A DNA stretch of 64,000 nt from Selaginella moellendorffii (Eukaryota; Plantae; Lycopodiophyta). Below, in pieces: positions 62,495 to 64,000 of this stretch. Position numbers and translations under genes: made by a program. The notes under the pieces are model-generated. The model saw nothing but the letters and a program-made list of their open reading frames with translations. It was not told the DNA's origin and searched no databases. The stretch is taken from NCBI RefSeq assembly GCF_000143415.4, contig NW_003314424.1:99194-163193 (forward strand). Direction: 5' to 3'. Positions within the stretch are counted from its first letter, which is position 1, and each line of letters begins with the position of its first letter.

Positions 62495-64000
62495 CTACGT
62501 CGTCATAAACGTCCATAGTTTCTTTCTCAAGGGCTGAGAATCACCACTGTCGCCATCGCCTTCACTCATGCCTTCTTCGTCATCATCCACTTCTTCATCC
62601 ATCTCCATTTCCTCCTCCTCCTCCTCCTCCTCCTCTTCTTCTGCCTCCTCATTGTCCTCGTCGTCTCCTCCTTGTGCTACTTCCTCCAGGCCCCCGTTCT
62701 CCACCTCTTCTGTCACCACCTCCACAGCCACGAACTCCTCGATGAGGCTAACAGTTTGTGCGCCCTCGCCCTCCCCTCCTTCCAAACCTCGCAAGTCTTG
62801 GTTGCCTACTGTAGTTGCATTGACTTCCTGGTCCGCGTCTCCTGTGGTCGGTCCATCCTCGCTCACACCGTTACAAGCGCCACCGTCGTGGCTCTGCAAA
62901 ACAAAACCAACCAAACCAAAAAGTCACCTCATCACGCACGCACAGAAGAGGATGGGTATCTTACAGTAGCCGGGTCTTCACTCTTTTGCGATTTCTTGGT
63001 CGCCGAAGCTCCATGCGTTCCTCCTTGTGTCGCCAGCATACTTGCACTGAAATCGGTAAAGCGCATTAGGACGTGATACAAGTGTTTCTAGACTTACATT
63101 GTGGAGTCCCTGAAGTTGTACCGAGGGGTAGAGTCGCCATTCATCGCAGACTGTGACGCCTCCCGCTGTTTCCTCTTTTTCCTTCCACTGGCTGTCGCCT
63201 CCGGGTTCACTGCAGCACCCTCGCTCTCTTCCAGCCGCCTCTTCTTCCCAACTGTCAGTTCTGCTTGGTCCACGTCTGCTACTGGCACCTTGTCCTCCTC
63301 GCCACCCTGAGAAATGCTTTTCGGAAATATTCTGGACGCACAAGTTCGCAGCCATGACAATCGGCTCGGAGTGATGGTTCGACTTGGAGTAGAGCTTGGA
63401 AGGGGCTGCAACTCGTTCTCGGACGAAATCCTCCTGGCGGACATAACTTCCCCATCGTTGGCGTTCTTCTGTGAAGGTTGTTGCTCTGACATCCTTAAGC
63501 TGTCCTCGAGTTCCTTCAGGTCCTCCTTTAGCTTCCTCTGCCTCTCTGCTTCTTGCAGTACTTCTTGCCTTTCCGCCCGCAAAGCTTCTCGTTGCTCCTT
63601 CAGCTTCTCCCTCTGGACTTGTAACTCGTGTATATCCTTCTTTATTTCTTCCCATTCAGCTTCAGCAAGCTCGCGCTGTCCAATTATCGCCAACCGCTCC
63701 TTCTCAAGACTCCGCTTCTCGGACTCCACGCCATCCAAATCCTTTCTAGCTTTTTCACTTATCTGTGCCACCTCTTGGCGCTCCTTCTGAACTTGTGACA
63801 GTAAGCGAGCTTCCCGCTCCTCTGCTTGCTTCTCCATCTCCTCCACTTTCTTGGCCATGTTCCGTTCAAGCTCAGCATGCCGCAGATCAACATCACGGAT
63901 CAGCTCTTCCCTCTCCCTTTCGAGCCTAGACAAAATCTCAGCTTTCTCCAGCTCTGCAGTTCGCGCCAGAGCTTCCCTTTCAAGTGCCAAGGTCTCCATT
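62495..64000 (-). CDS. NMCP1: Nuclear matrix constituent protein (NMCP1/CRWN), 3' part; introns 63047-63097 and 62894-62964; continues beyond the window
   Basis: Coiled coil, SWLRTCASRIF, RYNFR, acidic stretch and terminal KKLWTFMTT, all NMCP hallmarks. Confidence 0.9.

Overview
Eukaryotic plant nuclear DNA. The 45-65 nt GT-AG introns, very tight gene spacing and land-plant genes suggest a compact lycophyte genome such as Selaginella (inference). Positions 1-44,200 are TE-dominated: decayed Ty3/Gypsy and L1-type LINE pieces, a chromovirus (35.2-41.3 kb) and a 12.35-kb cut-and-paste DNA transposon (11,552-23,900; TTAA target duplication, 22-bp perfect TIRs). That transposon carries a Sola-like DDD transposase and, divergently, one multi-exon gene of at least 1,637 codons joining a ParB/Srx-like domain, a degenerate N6/N4-DNA-methyltransferase-like fold, an acidic linker and an FCP1-type HAD phosphatase. 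It is studded with more than 20 copies of a 22-bp palindrome (ATGGCRTGnGGCCnCAYGCCAT) not seen elsewhere in the window. This is the best candidate for an undescribed system. The chromovirus integrase contains two canonical-looking spliceosomal introns. Positions 46-52.6 kb hold a dense housekeeping cluster (acyl-CoA thioesterase-like, NdhT, NDUFB9, Pol III C11, DEAD-box RH10, PLAC8). Positions 52.6-64 kb are a scrambled local duplication with DXR, PPR, P-loop NTPase and NMCP pieces, ending in the 3' part of an NMCP1/CRWN gene. All family calls come from motif recognition by eye, without database searches.
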